The notes under the pieces: generated by a model | Told to the model about the DNA's origin: nothing | What the model saw: the letters and a program-made list of their open reading frames with translations, nothing else | Databases searched by the model: none | Program-made: the position numbers and the translations under genes | Shown here: piece after piece, positions 19,617 through 29,446 of the stretch | Layout: each line of letters starts with the position of its first letter | Numbering within the stretch: the first letter of the stretch is position 1 | Virus record (IMG/VR): IMGVR_UViG_3300048623_000062 | Span: 17,144 to 81,143 of that record | Length of the DNA: 64,000 bases | Origin: a virus | Lineage: Duplodnaviria; Caudoviricetes | Strand: one strand, 5' to 3'

Positions 19617-21287
19617 TTACTCGATGAGGGCGGCCCCGACCTTGCGCAGCCAGTTCTTGCCTGACTGCGATGAGAGGGGCGATTCACCCGGCAACTGTGC
19701 CACCTTCTGCATGAATAGGTCAATACCGGCCATCTCGGGCGAGTGATGCTTGCGCAGCCATGCCAGAATGTCGGCCGGGATGGCCGAGCGCCCGCTCTGC
19801 GCCACGATCTCCGGGTCCGCGCCGCCGCCGAATGCGTTCTCGAGGAACGTGATGAGCCGCTTGAGCTCGGCCGGGTCGACCACGGGGATCTCGATGGCCT
19901 CACCGTTCACGCCCGGCACGAGTTTGGGCTTCCGGGTGACCGGGCGGAGCGTGGTTCCATCCGTCGTCTTGTATCGCTGGCCAGTGGCCTCATTGACGAT
20001 GATGCGCGGACGCGCGGGCGCCTGGGCCTGCTGCGGAGCCGCCGGCGCGGGCGCCGCCCCCTTGAACACCGAGGTCACTGCCCCGATATTCTCCGGGGTG
20101 AGCGCCCCGAAGATCTTGCCGATCGTCGAGGCATCCTCTTGATCATCGTCGCCTGCGATGACCTCTTTGAGGTTCTTGATATCCTTCATCTGCTCGAGGA
20201 GCGGCTTTTCTTTCTTCTCGCGGAGTTCCTTCACCTCGATTCTAAGCTCGGCGTTGTCGCGCTCGAGGCGCCGCACGTCCGCGTTGAGCACGCTGACCTG
20301 GACGTCGTTGGTCGCCTTCATAGAGGCGATCGCCACCTCGTGCGACTGGCGTAGCGCGGTGATCTCGCGCTCGTAGCTCTGCTTGGTGTTCATCATCTCG
20401 CGCTCGTGCGCTCGCTCGGCCGCCTCCCTCGCGCGATCGTGGCGATCCTCGGCGCGCGCGATGTCCGCGTGCGCTGCCTCCTTGAGTTGGCGCACCTCTG
20501 ATTCGTGCTGCGTGCGTAGCGCGAGCACCTGGCCGTTATTGCCGTCGATGGCGTTGGTGAGGATGCGGTCCAGCACCGGGTTCTCTGGTGGCTTCGTGTG
20601 GCGCATCTCCGATAGTTCGCGGCGCATGTCGGCGATCTCGCGCTCGCGCGAGCGCACCGTCTCCTGCATCTGCTCGAACATCATCTGAACGCTTGGGTCG
20701 ATGCCACGCGGCTCGTGGTCGTCCTTGCCGTCCTTGCGGTCGAGCAACTCCTTCATCGTATCCATCGCGATCTTCGCCATCTGCGGCGACTCGCTGTGAG
20801 AGGCGGTCCCCGGGGGTGCTATGCCCGTCTTGCCAGGGATCCGTGGCTCACCGGCGATCTTCATCGTCCGATGGGCCTTGTACTCGAACGACCCCTTGGC
20901 GTTGGGCAGCATGATGCGGAGGTTGTACTTGCCACCGCCGTGCTCGTTGCGGAGGAATTCCTCGTCGAAACGCTCCTCGTACGTGTGGAGGTATCCCTCG
21001 ATGGACACCATCTGACCCGTCGCCGGGTCGCGTACTTCCCGGGGGCTCTCTCGGCGAACGACGATGCGCATGGCGCCGCCCTTGCCGATCTCGCTGAGCC
21101 AGTCATGGAGTGACTTCTCGTCCTCGGTCTTGATGGCCTGCATGACCGGGGATAGCCGCTCGGGCGCAACCGCCGCCGGCACCGGCGCGGCCTTCCCCTT
21201 GGTGCGCTTCGCCTCCGGCGGCGACTCATCGACACCAGCTTTCAGATCATCCTCGGTCATGTCGAGCGCGGCGACTTCCTTCATCAC
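19617..21287 (-). CDS. long coiled-coil protein
   Basis: Central about 170 aa of E/R/K heptads. Confidence 0.75.
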   Translation of the reverse strand: MMKEVAALDMTEDDLKAGVDESPPEAKRTKGKAAPVPAAVAPERLSPVMQAIKTEDEKSLHDWLSEIGKGGAMRIVVRRESPREVRDPATGQMVSIEGYLHTYEERFDEEFLRNEHGGGKYNLRIMLPNAKGSFEYKAHRTMKIAGEPRIPGKTGIAPPGTASHSESPQMAKIAMDTMKELLDRKDGKDDHEPRGIDPSVQMMFEQMQETVRSREREIADMRRELSEMRHTKPPENPVLDRILTNAIDGNNGQVLALRTQHESEVRQLKEAAHADIARAEDRHDRAREAAERAHEREMMNTKQSYEREITALRQSHEVAIASMKATNDVQVSVLNADVRRLERDNAELRIEVKELREKKEKPLLEQMKDIKNLKEVIAGDDDQEDASTIGKIFGALTPENIGAVTSVFKGAAPAPAAPQQAQAPARPRIIVNEATGQRYKTTDGTTLRPVTRKPKLVPGVNGEAIEIPVVDPAELKRLITFLENAFGGGADPEIVAQSGRSAIPADILAWLRKHHSPEMAGIDLFMQKVAQLPGESPLSSQSGKNWLRKVGAALIE

Positions 21288-21706
21288 TTCGACTCCTTGT
21301 CGTCCTCGGACTCTTGGTCTTCGTCCTCGTCCTCATCGGGAACGGTGATCTCGCCGAGCACGTTGCTGCCGTCCTCGCACAACTCGCGGAACTTGGAGAT
21401 CGCCTCGAGCACCTTCGGTTCGCCGGTCGCGCGCTTCTCGAGCTCGGTCGCCAGCACGAGGCCAGTGGTGATGATGCTCGCGAACGTGTCAGCTGTGTCC
21501 TCGTGGAGCGTGTCCGGCGCGCCATCCATGAGGTCGGCCACGGCTTCGTCGACCTCGCCGAACTCCTCGACGAGCGACTCGAGCCACGGCAGCAGATCGC
21601 TCGAGAAGAACGACACGACGTCATTCGCCGTGGTCAACTTCCCGGCGAAGCCCTTGGCTTTGCCGACGATCTCCTTCAGGTCACTCTTCAGTTGTACGGT
21701 GCTCAT
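21284..21706 (-). CDS. acidic helical hypothetical protein
   Basis: ORF track, SD-like GGAG upstream. Confidence 0.7.
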   Translation of the reverse strand: MSTVQLKSDLKEIVGKAKGFAGKLTTANDVVSFFSSDLLPWLESLVEEFGEVDEAVADLMDGAPDTLHEDTADTFASIITTGLVLATELEKRATGEPKVLEAISKFRELCEDGSNVLGEITVPDEDEDEDQESEDDKESK

Positions 21707-22418
21707 TTGTCTCCCTGGTGCTCGGTAGCGGTTCGTTGTTGAGGATCATCTCGCGAATGCGCGCTCGCGCGTGCGCGGCAGCTGCGGCGTGGGCGGCGTT
21801 GTGACTCGAGTTGTGAAATTTCCGGTCCGGGAACTGATCGCACCAGGCGCACCGCATGGACGGCGCATCGTAGTCATCGTCTCGACCAGATATCGTCGAC
21901 GAGAACGTGCAGAGCGCGAATTCCGCCTCGACCTGTGCGTCGAGAATCAGCCGCTCCGCTTCCTCGGCTTCACGCATGGCTTTGCGCCGGCGCCCCTCCC
22001 ACCGCGCGACCTGGTACGCAAAGTCACCCCCATCCTTGGACTGCCGGTAGGCGCGTTCGCGCTTCCTGCGCCCCTCGTCCGGCGCCACCGGTTCCCACCG
22101 GTTGCACTCCGTTACCGGCATCACCCCCAGCGGCATCTCGATGCCAGTGTCCGGGTAGCAATAGCGGTGCGTCTCGGCGTGGAACGGCACTGGGGGCTGG
22201 TAGGTGCCCCCCCCAACCCCCGGAACGATCACAGGTAGGCGCCTCACTTTGGGGGGTTCGGCGTCGACCTGAATGCGGAACCGGTGGTAGTGGCGGCATG
22301 GCCCCGCCTCGCACAGGCTCGGGCGAGGGTCCGGGGGCGGACGCTGGGCCGTGAGCGACGCAGGAGCGTCGAGGTCGACCCCGTGGGAGGGGTCCGTGGG
22401 GGCGGTAATTGTGCGCAT
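21681..22418 (-). CDS. hypothetical protein with Cys/His motifs
   Basis: First gene of the minus-strand module. Confidence 0.6.
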   Translation of the reverse strand: MRTITAPTDPSHGVDLDAPASLTAQRPPPDPRPSLCEAGPCRHYHRFRIQVDAEPPKVRRLPVIVPGVGGGTYQPPVPFHAETHRYCYPDTGIEMPLGVMPVTECNRWEPVAPDEGRRKRERAYRQSKDGGDFAYQVARWEGRRRKAMREAEEAERLILDAQVEAEFALCTFSSTISGRDDDYDAPSMRCAWCDQFPDRKFHNSSHNAAHAAAAAHARARIREMILNNEPLPSTRETNEHRTTEE

Positions 22419-22685
22419 GCCGCATCATGCCAGTCTCATGCGGGGTTTCCGTGGGACGAGTGTGGGTTTTCCGTGGGTTTTCCAAGCCCCAGATCTGGGT
22501 ACCTGGAGCCCCAGGGAGATCTCCGACCCCACCCTGTAGCGTAGGGACGCCTCACCCAAGCACTGAAAACCCTCTAGGAAACCCTCTGAGTGGTGAAATC
22601 CGCCCGGTCTGGTGTGTCCAAAAGTCGACAGTTCACCACTCCGGAGTGGCCGAGCGGCGCGTTAACCCCGGTCGTCTCGTCGATC

Positions 22686-22698
22686 TTGCCACTGGCAA
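22686..22698. promoter_or_regulatory. palindromic operator copy 3, in the divergent control region
   Basis: Perfect match, intergenic. Confidence 0.8.
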
Positions 22699-22777
22699 GG
22701 CGTTCGCATTACTTCTGGGAGTCGGGCGGTTGTCGCCTGGCCCTGACACCGCCCCTTGGGGGAAGGAGAGTTCTGAG

Positions 22778-22945
22778 ATGAGCCGAAAATTCTACAAGGA
22801 CAATGGTCGCGCAGAGATGTCGGCGCGGATCGCCGGTGGGGGCGGCTGGTGGCTATCCGACTGCCCATATACCGGATGGCGCCGCGAAGCCTGGCAGGCT
22901 GGCGCATGGTCCGCCATGCAGTCGGCGCGAAAGGCTGGAAAGTAG
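22778..22945 (+). CDS. small early-type protein
   Basis: Preceded by a partial family-1 repeat with AAGGAG. Confidence 0.6.
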   Translation: MSRKFYKDNGRAEMSARIAGGGGWWLSDCPYTGWRREAWQAGAWSAMQSARKAGK

Positions 22946-23194
22946 ATGCGCGCCATCCTCCTAGGCGTTCTCCTGTCGGCATGCGCCGTAGAGGCGCCCG
23001 AACCCGCCCCGGCGCCCGAGGCCAGTGCGTTCCCGTTGCCGCGGTGCAAGACGACGCACTGCACCACGGTGGAGTGCACGGACGACAGCGGCGTGTGCAC
23101 ATGCCACTGGCCACCGGCGTACGACATTCTCTGTGAGGGTGTCGAGGGTGACGCGATGGGCGATGGCCACGACCACACTCACGGTGCGCCGTGA
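22946..23194 (+). CDS. Cys-rich putative lipoprotein
   Basis: LLSAC lipobox-like; HCTTVEC...CTCHWPP shared with 31313. Confidence 0.7.
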   Translation: MRAILLGVLLSACAVEAPEPAPAPEASAFPLPRCKTTHCTTVECTDDSGVCTCHWPPAYDILCEGVEGDAMGDGHDHTHGAP

Positions 23195-23367
23195 ACGCGA
23201 AACAGGCGCGGTACGCCGCGCAACTACTCAGCACCACGCTCAAGACGCGGGCCGCACTTGCGGCGAGGCCCTGGACGGTCAAGCTGGACGGGCGGTTCTA
23301 CGGTCGCTACGCCTCCGAGGGAGAGGCACGCGCCAAGGCGGACGAGATTGGCGGAACAACTCCGTAG
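23191..23367 (+). CDS. small protein (58 aa)
   Basis: GTG start overlaps upstream stop; its TAG lies at the start of the repeat. Confidence 0.5.
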   Translation: MNAKQARYAAQLLSTTLKTRAALAARPWTVKLDGRFYGRYASEGEARAKADEIGGTTP

Positions 23368-23466
23368 GGGGTACAGATTCGCCAGGGTCGGCCGACCCAC
23401 CCTGACGAGCCGATACTGCTACCGAGCCACACCGCACCGCCCCTTGGGGGAAGGAGTTCTGAGATG
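23364..23466 (+). repeat. family-1 intergenic hairpin/RBS repeat, copy A
   Basis: Nearly identical to 24823-24926. Confidence 0.9.
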
Positions 23467-23682
23467 AGCAAGAAATTCGCACCAGGGATGAAGGTTCGCT
23501 TCACTGCGAAGTTCCTTCGAAACACCGGGTCGTACACTGGCAGTGCGGGGCTTGACCGGTGGGTCGTTCAGCCGTGCGACTGCAGCCTGTGCGGCACTGG
23601 CGACTTCGTCGCCACCGACGAGTCCAGCGACTACGGTGGACAGCGTCACATCAACGTTGACAACCTGCAGGCAGTACGCTGA
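23464..23682 (+). CDS. small protein with CxCxxC motif
   Basis: Starts at the end of the repeat. Confidence 0.7.
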   Translation: MSKKFAPGMKVRFTAKFLRNTGSYTGSAGLDRWVVQPCDCSLCGTGDFVATDESSDYGGQRHINVDNLQAVR

Positions 23683-23933
23683 TGTACGTCAGCGTCTACT
23701 GCAACGAAGGAATGGATAGCGGGTTGGTGTACCTTCTCAACGAGCGGACATTCGCCGATCAGGTTGCGGATGAGAGGGAGGCCACGATCGCCGAGCCTGA
23801 CGGATACATTCCCAACTGCTGCGGGGATCTCCGTGTGGAGTTCACCGACCGCGTTCCCCACGTCATCGGTGAACGATACCAGGGCAGCACGTGCATTTGG
23901 TCCGGGGCCTCGTTTTACTTCGAGGGCCGCTAA
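23682..23933 (+). CDS. hypothetical protein
   Basis: Coupled start. Confidence 0.6.
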   Translation: MYVSVYCNEGMDSGLVYLLNERTFADQVADEREATIAEPDGYIPNCCGDLRVEFTDRVPHVIGERYQGSTCIWSGASFYFEGR

Positions 23934-24362
23934 GAAAATGCGTCGCGCCGTCATCCTGCAACTCGTCGAGGGAGTGCGCGTGCTGCCGTCGGTGGGGATC
24001 CGTAGGCACCGGATCACCCTGACGCACCGCCCGACCCTCCGTCGCCTTACCCTGCCTCGCCCCAGCGTGGTTGTTGGTCCGGCCATCTACGACTCTCGCG
24101 TAGACCCTCCGAGGTTTTCGCACTGGTCGGCCGTGGCCACCCTGCTTCTCCTGACGGTGCTTTGCGCATGCGTCGGGTTTGTTGAGTTACCCCACAGGTA
24201 ACTCTACGGCGATGCTCCCTGGCCGAACTAGAGAGCATGAGCCGCAAAGCACACCAGCCTACCCTCCCAATTCTGCCGTCAGACATTGGTCGCCGGACAC
24301 CAGAGTTAGACCTCGCGGTCTGCTACTACCACCAAACCCGGACTTTCCACAGGACGCCAATC

Positions 24363-24623
24363 ATGACATCGAACGAATACCACGAAGCACGGATACGTGA
24401 GTTCGGCGCCGAATGGTTGGGCAGGTTGGCACGTGAGCAGCACACCCAGGACGCTATTAAACCGTGGGTCGTACTTGCGTACAAGCGTAACGTGCGTAAC
24501 GTGCGTGATTTCGCCATCGTGGCTGGCTACAACCGCTGGACTGGCGAGAGCATCCACTGGATCGTGCCGTCAATCACCGATGACGAGCGCTACGACATTT
24601 CCGCAGCTGTCGAGGTGACCTGA
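24363..24623 (+). CDS. hypothetical protein
   Basis: Start MTSNEY inferred. Confidence 0.55.
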   Translation: MTSNEYHEARIREFGAEWLGRLAREQHTQDAIKPWVVLAYKRNVRNVRDFAIVAGYNRWTGESIHWIVPSITDDERYDISAAVEVT

Positions 24624-24818
24624 ATGCAGACCTACAAGATCGTCCGCCTGTTTTTCAACAGCAATGCAAGGCGCGTCATCCGCAGGCGTCTGACCCTGTC
24701 CGAGGCGCAACGGCATTGCCAGGACCCAGAAACATCGTCCAGCACGTGCACCAAGTCGGCTGGCAAGCGTCGCACGAAATTGCGCGGGCGGTGGTTTGAC
24801 TCGTATACGAAGGAGTAA
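24624..24818 (+). CDS. small basic protein
   Basis: ORF track. Confidence 0.6.
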   Translation: MQTYKIVRLFFNSNARRVIRRRLTLSEAQRHCQDPETSSSTCTKSAGKRRTKLRGRWFDSYTKE

Positions 24819-24822
24819 CTCT

Positions 24823-24926
24823 GTAGGGGGTACAGATTCGCCAGGGTCGGCCGACCCACTCTGACGAGCCGATACTGCTACCGAGCCAACACCGCACCGC
24901 CCCTTGGGGGAAGGAGTTCTGAAATG
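24823..24926 (+). repeat. family-1 repeat, copy B
   Basis: See copy A. Confidence 0.9.
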
Positions 24927-25232
24927 AGCGAGAAATCGACCGAGCAAGATCCGGCCATCCTCGTGGCCGAGGGAACCATAGGCGCGAACCGCTGGCGCCA
25001 ATACTTCGTGATCACGGATCGTCGCTGTGCGATCGTGGAGATGAGCGAAGCGCTCCTCTGTGGTTGGCGCTTCGCTCGGGTCACTGTCCAGGGTGAGGAA
25101 GACTGGCCGATGCCCAAGGCGAAGATTGTGCAGTGGAAATTCGCAAACGGCGACTACGCCGTCGCGCCGGACCTAGGCGATTTCAGGAATGCGCTGCTCA
25201 AGGTCGCTAGCGCCGGAGCCATCGAGCGATGA
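24924..25232 (+). CDS. hypothetical protein
   Basis: Starts at the end of the repeat. Confidence 0.65.
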   Translation: MSEKSTEQDPAILVAEGTIGANRWRQYFVITDRRCAIVEMSEALLCGWRFARVTVQGEEDWPMPKAKIVQWKFANGDYAVAPDLGDFRNALLKVASAGAIER

Positions 25233-25315
25233 CGTGCTACGTCCATCAGGATCCCCGCTTGCTGCCACGCAGGCTCGGTCGGCGGTGCGGTGATACCATT
25301 CTCGGAGGCGAAGCG

Positions 25316-25549
25316 ATGACTGAGCAGTCACTCGAAGGCGCGCTAGCGGATCTCCAGTCGGAGCACGATGCCGACGTTGACGCACGGCTTCACGCGGTCG
25401 CGTGTGCAATCTCCGAGGAAACCGGATGCCAACCGCTCACGGCCATCCGGTCTATGCTGCAGAACGCCAAAGGCATCGGCGAGCGTCTGACTCTCTCGAC
25501 GGAAACGGTCGAGACGTGGTGCCGAGAAGCAGACTTCGACGACGAGTAG
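25316..25549 (+). CDS. small acidic protein
   Basis: GGAGG upstream. Confidence 0.55.
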   Translation: MTEQSLEGALADLQSEHDADVDARLHAVACAISEETGCQPLTAIRSMLQNAKGIGERLTLSTETVETWCREADFDDE

Positions 25550-25551
25550 CA

Positions 25552-25618
25552 GGGGCATGGCGCCCATCGGTGGCACCGGGGATTGTCTCGGTGCACTGAC
25601 TGACGCCACGCACAGACA
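25552..25618 (+). repeat. family-2 intergenic hairpin repeat, copy 1
   Basis: GGGGCATGGCGCCCATCGGT.GCACC...GGTGC.CTGACTGACGCCACG. Confidence 0.85.
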
Positions 25619-25647
25619 CCCCGCTCATGGAGCGGAGGGAGATTGAG

Positions 25648-26349
25648 ATGAAGAAATTCGCGAACGTTTGCGCCACGCTTGCCACGCTCATGGTTCCCGG
25701 GGTCGCTTTGGCCGCCACTGGCGCCGCACCGGAGTCCGGAGTGGCAGGGATCGTCACGGGGGTTGCCGGACTGGTAACTGCATGTGCTGGACTGGTGACC
25801 GCGATGCGTGGCATCCGGTTGGCACGGCGCGCGGATGCGCGCGCCAAGAGCGCCGTGAAATGGGCAGACCGACTCGCCAACGCACACGAGGACGGGGTAG
25901 TCCTCGTTCTCAGTTACCCTGCGGCACGCGTCTCGTGCCGAGGATTGCTTGAAGCAAATGGGTGGCGAATCTGCCATTACCCAGTGACGCAAGCCGAGCT
26001 TGATCGCGGTGTATTTTTGCCTGGCCCGCACACGGTCGCTGACGTCTGCGTGGCAGACGCGATAGTGGTGGAGGGGCTAAGCGACACCGACATGTCGAAG
26101 CTTGCGACCGTGCGGGAATTTCGCGACAATATCCGGCTGGGTGCTGGAGTCGTCATGTTTACCGCCGGGTCAAACACCCGGTACGACCTGACGGCGTGGG
26201 GAGAATGCGATCAGGGGGTGACGACCCCCGTGACCTGTGAGGCCGCTGTCCGCGCCTCCCTCGCACGCCGAGCGGCTACGGCGCGGCGTCAGGGGATCCG
26301 ACCGGGGACGCTGTCACAAGCACGTGCATCGCTGCTGAACGCGGACTAG
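25648..26349 (+). CDS. membrane protein with alpha/beta C-terminal domain
   Basis: Signal-like N-terminus plus TM. Confidence 0.65.
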   Translation: MKKFANVCATLATLMVPGVALAATGAAPESGVAGIVTGVAGLVTACAGLVTAMRGIRLARRADARAKSAVKWADRLANAHEDGVVLVLSYPAARVSCRGLLEANGWRICHYPVTQAELDRGVFLPGPHTVADVCVADAIVVEGLSDTDMSKLATVREFRDNIRLGAGVVMFTAGSNTRYDLTAWGECDQGVTTPVTCEAAVRASLARRAATARRQGIRPGTLSQARASLLNAD

Positions 26350-26354
26350 ACACG

Positions 26355-26421
26355 GGGGCATGGCGCCCATCGGTAGCACCAAGGGCTGGTCTTTGGTGCG
26401 CTGACTGACGCCACGACACAG
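26355..26421 (+). repeat. family-2 repeat, copy 2
   Basis: Compensatory changes in the inner stem relative to copy 1. Confidence 0.85.
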
Positions 26422-26432
26422 GGGGTTCTGAG

Positions 26433-27143
26433 ATGACGCTCTACCGCAACGTGTACAAACTCGGCCGGAAGCTCGACGCAATCATTGCTATTGACGAGGA
26501 TTCGCCGCTTTCGACTCCGGTCGGCGCCGAATGGGACGACACGATCGATCACGTCAGGGTCGCCGCTACGGTCATTCTACCGACCGACGTCGCAGGCAAT
26601 ATCCACGTCGACCTGCTAGGTAGCAACGTCGCTGTGGCAGGGGTTCATGTCGCCTATATCTGGGGCGAGCGCTGCCCTGTGGGGCGACAACGGGTAATCC
26701 GACTCGGCGCCGAGACGCTTGCCGACGCAGTAGCGGCCGTGCGACAGGGGCTCGAGTGTGACCTTTCCGAACTCCGTGCACATGTAGGGCGCCGAGACGC
26801 ACGCATCCAGTTGCGCGAGGGTCGCCTCGCTCACGGGCGAAGCGTAATGCCACCAAGGCAGGAGTTGGTGGCGCGGTTCGATGTGACGGGCATGGCGCTG
26901 GGCGAGGTGTCCGCTCTCGCTGCCGAGGTTGTCGCCCAAGCGGAAGCGTGCGAGGAACACCCGGACGTCACTGTCCGGGTTGAGATACCGGACGGAATCA
27001 CCGATGACGGTGCGTTTCCCGCACACTGCGTCGACGCCACGGAGGCGCCCACCGCCCGGATCCGCGTTCCGATGGATGCGGTACCCGAGGAGTTGGACGA
27101 CTGGGGCCAGCCGACCACGCCGCGCTCCGGGCCGTCGGACTGA
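26433..27143 (+). CDS. hypothetical protein
   Basis: Starts after the repeat. Confidence 0.65.
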   Translation: MTLYRNVYKLGRKLDAIIAIDEDSPLSTPVGAEWDDTIDHVRVAATVILPTDVAGNIHVDLLGSNVAVAGVHVAYIWGERCPVGRQRVIRLGAETLADAVAAVRQGLECDLSELRAHVGRRDARIQLREGRLAHGRSVMPPRQELVARFDVTGMALGEVSALAAEVVAQAEACEEHPDVTVRVEIPDGITDDGAFPAHCVDATEAPTARIRVPMDAVPEELDDWGQPTTPRSGPSD

Positions 27144-27422
27144 GTCCAAACCACACAGGAGATAGCATGCGCTGCGACAAAGAGATCGGCCGGATCGGCC
27201 ACTGGCACCAATGCGACCGTACTGCTGTGGTCACGGTGGCATCGAAAACCATCCACAGCCCAACGCTGTTCATGAACTACTGCGACAAACACAAGCCGCT
27301 CAAGGATGGCAAGTAGCCATGACCGTCCGCGCCGATCCAGCCTACCGCGGCGTCGCCCTACACCTTGGCCACACTGCCAGGTCGTGGATCGCCGAGCAAC
27401 GCATTCTCGCTGCCGGCGGTCG

Positions 27423-27529
27423 GTAGGGGGTACAGGTTTCACCGCGGATGGTCGATTCATCCCGGTGAGCCGATACTGCTACCGAGCGACAACCGCAACC
27501 GCCCTCCTGGAGGGCAAGGAGCCACCATG
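27423..27529 (+). repeat. family-1 repeat, diverged copy C
   Basis: Same flanks GTAGGGGGTACAG and GAGCCGATACTGCTACCGAGC, different inner hairpin. Confidence 0.8.
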
Positions 27530-28057
27530 GGTAAGAAGGAACTGGAAACCGCCTGCATCGAGCTCGGACTCACGATCGAGGCGTTCTTCGTGCCGTACTC
27601 GCAGAGCGAGAACGCAAAGATGAGCGCTGGTAGCGATAGGCCGTGGCGCTCGCTAAACTGGACGATCGTCTTGCGCTGCAAGGGCAGTGAAATCCTCCGC
27701 ACCAACTTCGCCGCTGGAGTAGGTCACACGCCGACGTGGGCATCGGGGACGTGGGCATCGGGGGCATCGAGTCGCGCCGATGTCGCAGCGGCGATCGCGC
27801 GAGAGATCGAGACTGGCCGCGCCAACGGCAAGCCAATCCTCCCAGACCGCATCGACTGCATCGCCAGCGTGGTCGCCGACGCGGACGTGCTCGACTTCCC
27901 CGACTTCGAGGCGTTCGCCGGCGAGCTTGGCTACAACCCCGACAGCCGTCACGCAGAGCGGATCTACAACGCCTGTGTGAAGACCGCCATAGCACTGCGC
28001 GCTGCCGTTGGCGAGGATGGCCTCGCTAAACTCCGCGCGGCCAGGGAGGACTACTAG
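27527..28057 (+). CDS. hypothetical phage protein
   Basis: AAGGAG SD; FEAFAGELGYNPDS motif. Confidence 0.7.
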   Translation: MGKKELETACIELGLTIEAFFVPYSQSENAKMSAGSDRPWRSLNWTIVLRCKGSEILRTNFAAGVGHTPTWASGTWASGASSRADVAAAIAREIETGRANGKPILPDRIDCIASVVADADVLDFPDFEAFAGELGYNPDSRHAERIYNACVKTAIALRAAVGEDGLAKLRAAREDY

Positions 28058-28061
28058 GCTC

Positions 28062-28262
28062 ATGGCGACGCCATACGAGATCGCGAGTGAAGCCCATCGG
28101 CAAGCCGCGTCGTTGTACGCTAAGGCGTCGAGCGCCTACCGCGCTCGCACGATCGGCGACGCCGAATTTCTCGCGGCTAGGGCTGCATTCGATGCGGCCA
28201 CCGCGGCATTCGATGCGGCGTACGCCGCCGAGGAAGCGCGAGTGCTGGCGGGGGAGTCATGA
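28062..28262 (+). CDS. Ala-rich small protein
   Basis: ORF track. Confidence 0.55.
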   Translation: MATPYEIASEAHRQAASLYAKASSAYRARTIGDAEFLAARAAFDAATAAFDAAYAAEEARVLAGES

Positions 28263-28750
28263 CCGACATTTGCCAGTGGCAAGAGTCGGAAGCGGTGCGC
28301 CTCGGCAGCACCGACCAGCAGTTGCTGTACGCCTCTGGGCAACTCCGCGAGGAGGACCTCACCTCACTAGCTCGCAATGCGCTGTTCGCTCCGCTCTCTG
28401 TCCTGCGTCCTAGGCGCCAGATGTCACCCACCGTCATCCGTCATCCCGTGGACGCGTCCACCGGCCGGTGGACCTGCGCACCGGACGGCCGACGTTTACC
28501 AGTTCGGTGGTCAACTACACTTACGTCCGAGCTTACGGACATGGAGTTAGCCTCTCTCGCTGCGGTGGAGATCGCAGTCGAGCGCATGAACCTCAATGAG
28601 TGGTTGATCCGAGCGCGCGTTTACGCCACGATTCAACCACGGCTTCACCGGGGATACTGCACGGCATGCCTGCAGTCCGCCGCTGAAGTATCCGCTCTCG
28701 TCTCGGTCTCTTGGGCCGGACGCACCCTTTCCCGGGAGTACGCACTATGA
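28259..28750 (+). CDS. hypothetical protein (CTAC motif)
   Basis: Coupled start. Confidence 0.55.
   Translation: MTDICQWQESEAVRLGSTDQQLLYASGQLREEDLTSLARNALFAPLSVLRPRRQMSPTVIRHPVDASTGRWTCAPDGRRLPVRWSTTLTSELTDMELASLAAVEIAVERMNLNEWLIRARVYATIQPRLHRGYCTACLQSAAEVSALVSVSWAGRTLSREYAL
28270..28282. promoter_or_regulatory. palindromic operator copy 4
   Basis: Perfect match. Confidence 0.75.
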
Positions 28751-29133
28751 GCCGCCATACTCGCTCCTACGCGGAGCGCCCCGCATCGCGCGTCGTCGCA
28801 ATCCCGTCCCTTCGTGCGACCACGGAGATCCCGACGCCACCGCCGCGCCATATTCCATCGTCGCTGGACGACTTCGGAGACCAGACCGACCACGGTCACC
28901 ACTCCATCACCGGGATCCCGGCGATGGAGTGCAACCGGCCCGCACTCGCGCCGTGGGCCGTCCAGAATGGCGTATTGGCGGTCCTCCAGGCGACCGGGGG
29001 GTACGTGTCCGCTCATGACGCCATGGCGGGCTCGGTCGATCACATCGACGAGCTCGAACAACTCATCGTGCGCCTCACGGCGCGCGACGCACTTCACATC
29101 CCGTTCGTTCAACCGGAAAGGATCCCTTCATGA
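28747..29133 (+). CDS. hypothetical protein
   Basis: ATGA overlap. Confidence 0.55.
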   Translation: MSRHTRSYAERPASRVVAIPSLRATTEIPTPPPRHIPSSLDDFGDQTDHGHHSITGIPAMECNRPALAPWAVQNGVLAVLQATGGYVSAHDAMAGSVDHIDELEQLIVRLTARDALHIPFVQPERIPS

Positions 29134-29327
29134 CCCTCAGCGCCCTCAAAACCCAGAAGACCGTGTACCAGTCCGGCCACACGCCGGAGGTCCGCCCCAC
29201 GCATCGCTGCAAGCAGAGCATCACGCTCGACGGCGCCAAGTACCCATGCCTGCTGAACATCGAGCACCACGGGATGCATGACGGGTTCGCCGTCCATCCC
29301 GTCGACGGCAACGTCGTCCTCTGGTAG
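29130..29327 (+). CDS. small protein
   Basis: ATGA overlap. Confidence 0.55.
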   Translation: MTLSALKTQKTVYQSGHTPEVRPTHRCKQSITLDGAKYPCLLNIEHHGMHDGFAVHPVDGNVVLW

Positions 29328-29355
29328 TCCCTCCCCCTCCTACCAGAGGCGATAA

Positions 29356-29392
29356 CCCCGGCGCGAATCCCTCCCCCGTTCCCGCGCCGGGG
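29356..29392 (+). terminator. GC-rich hairpin, possible terminator
   Basis: 10-bp stem CCCCGGCGCG/CGCGCCGGGG, no U tract. Confidence 0.45.
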
Positions 29393-29446
29393 TCTGCAGG
29401 ATCTGCCCTACCTGCACTGATGAGCCAGGGCCACGGAGATTCTTAT

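Noticed and set aside
23400-23425. Hammerhead ribozyme core (CTGACGAG) in family-1 repeats
   Set aside because: No GAAA or stem II/III arrangement, and copy C lacks the motif.
23364-27529. Integron attC sites
   Set aside because: No RYYYAAC/GTTRRRY ends, and the recombinase shows no evident IntI-specific insertion.
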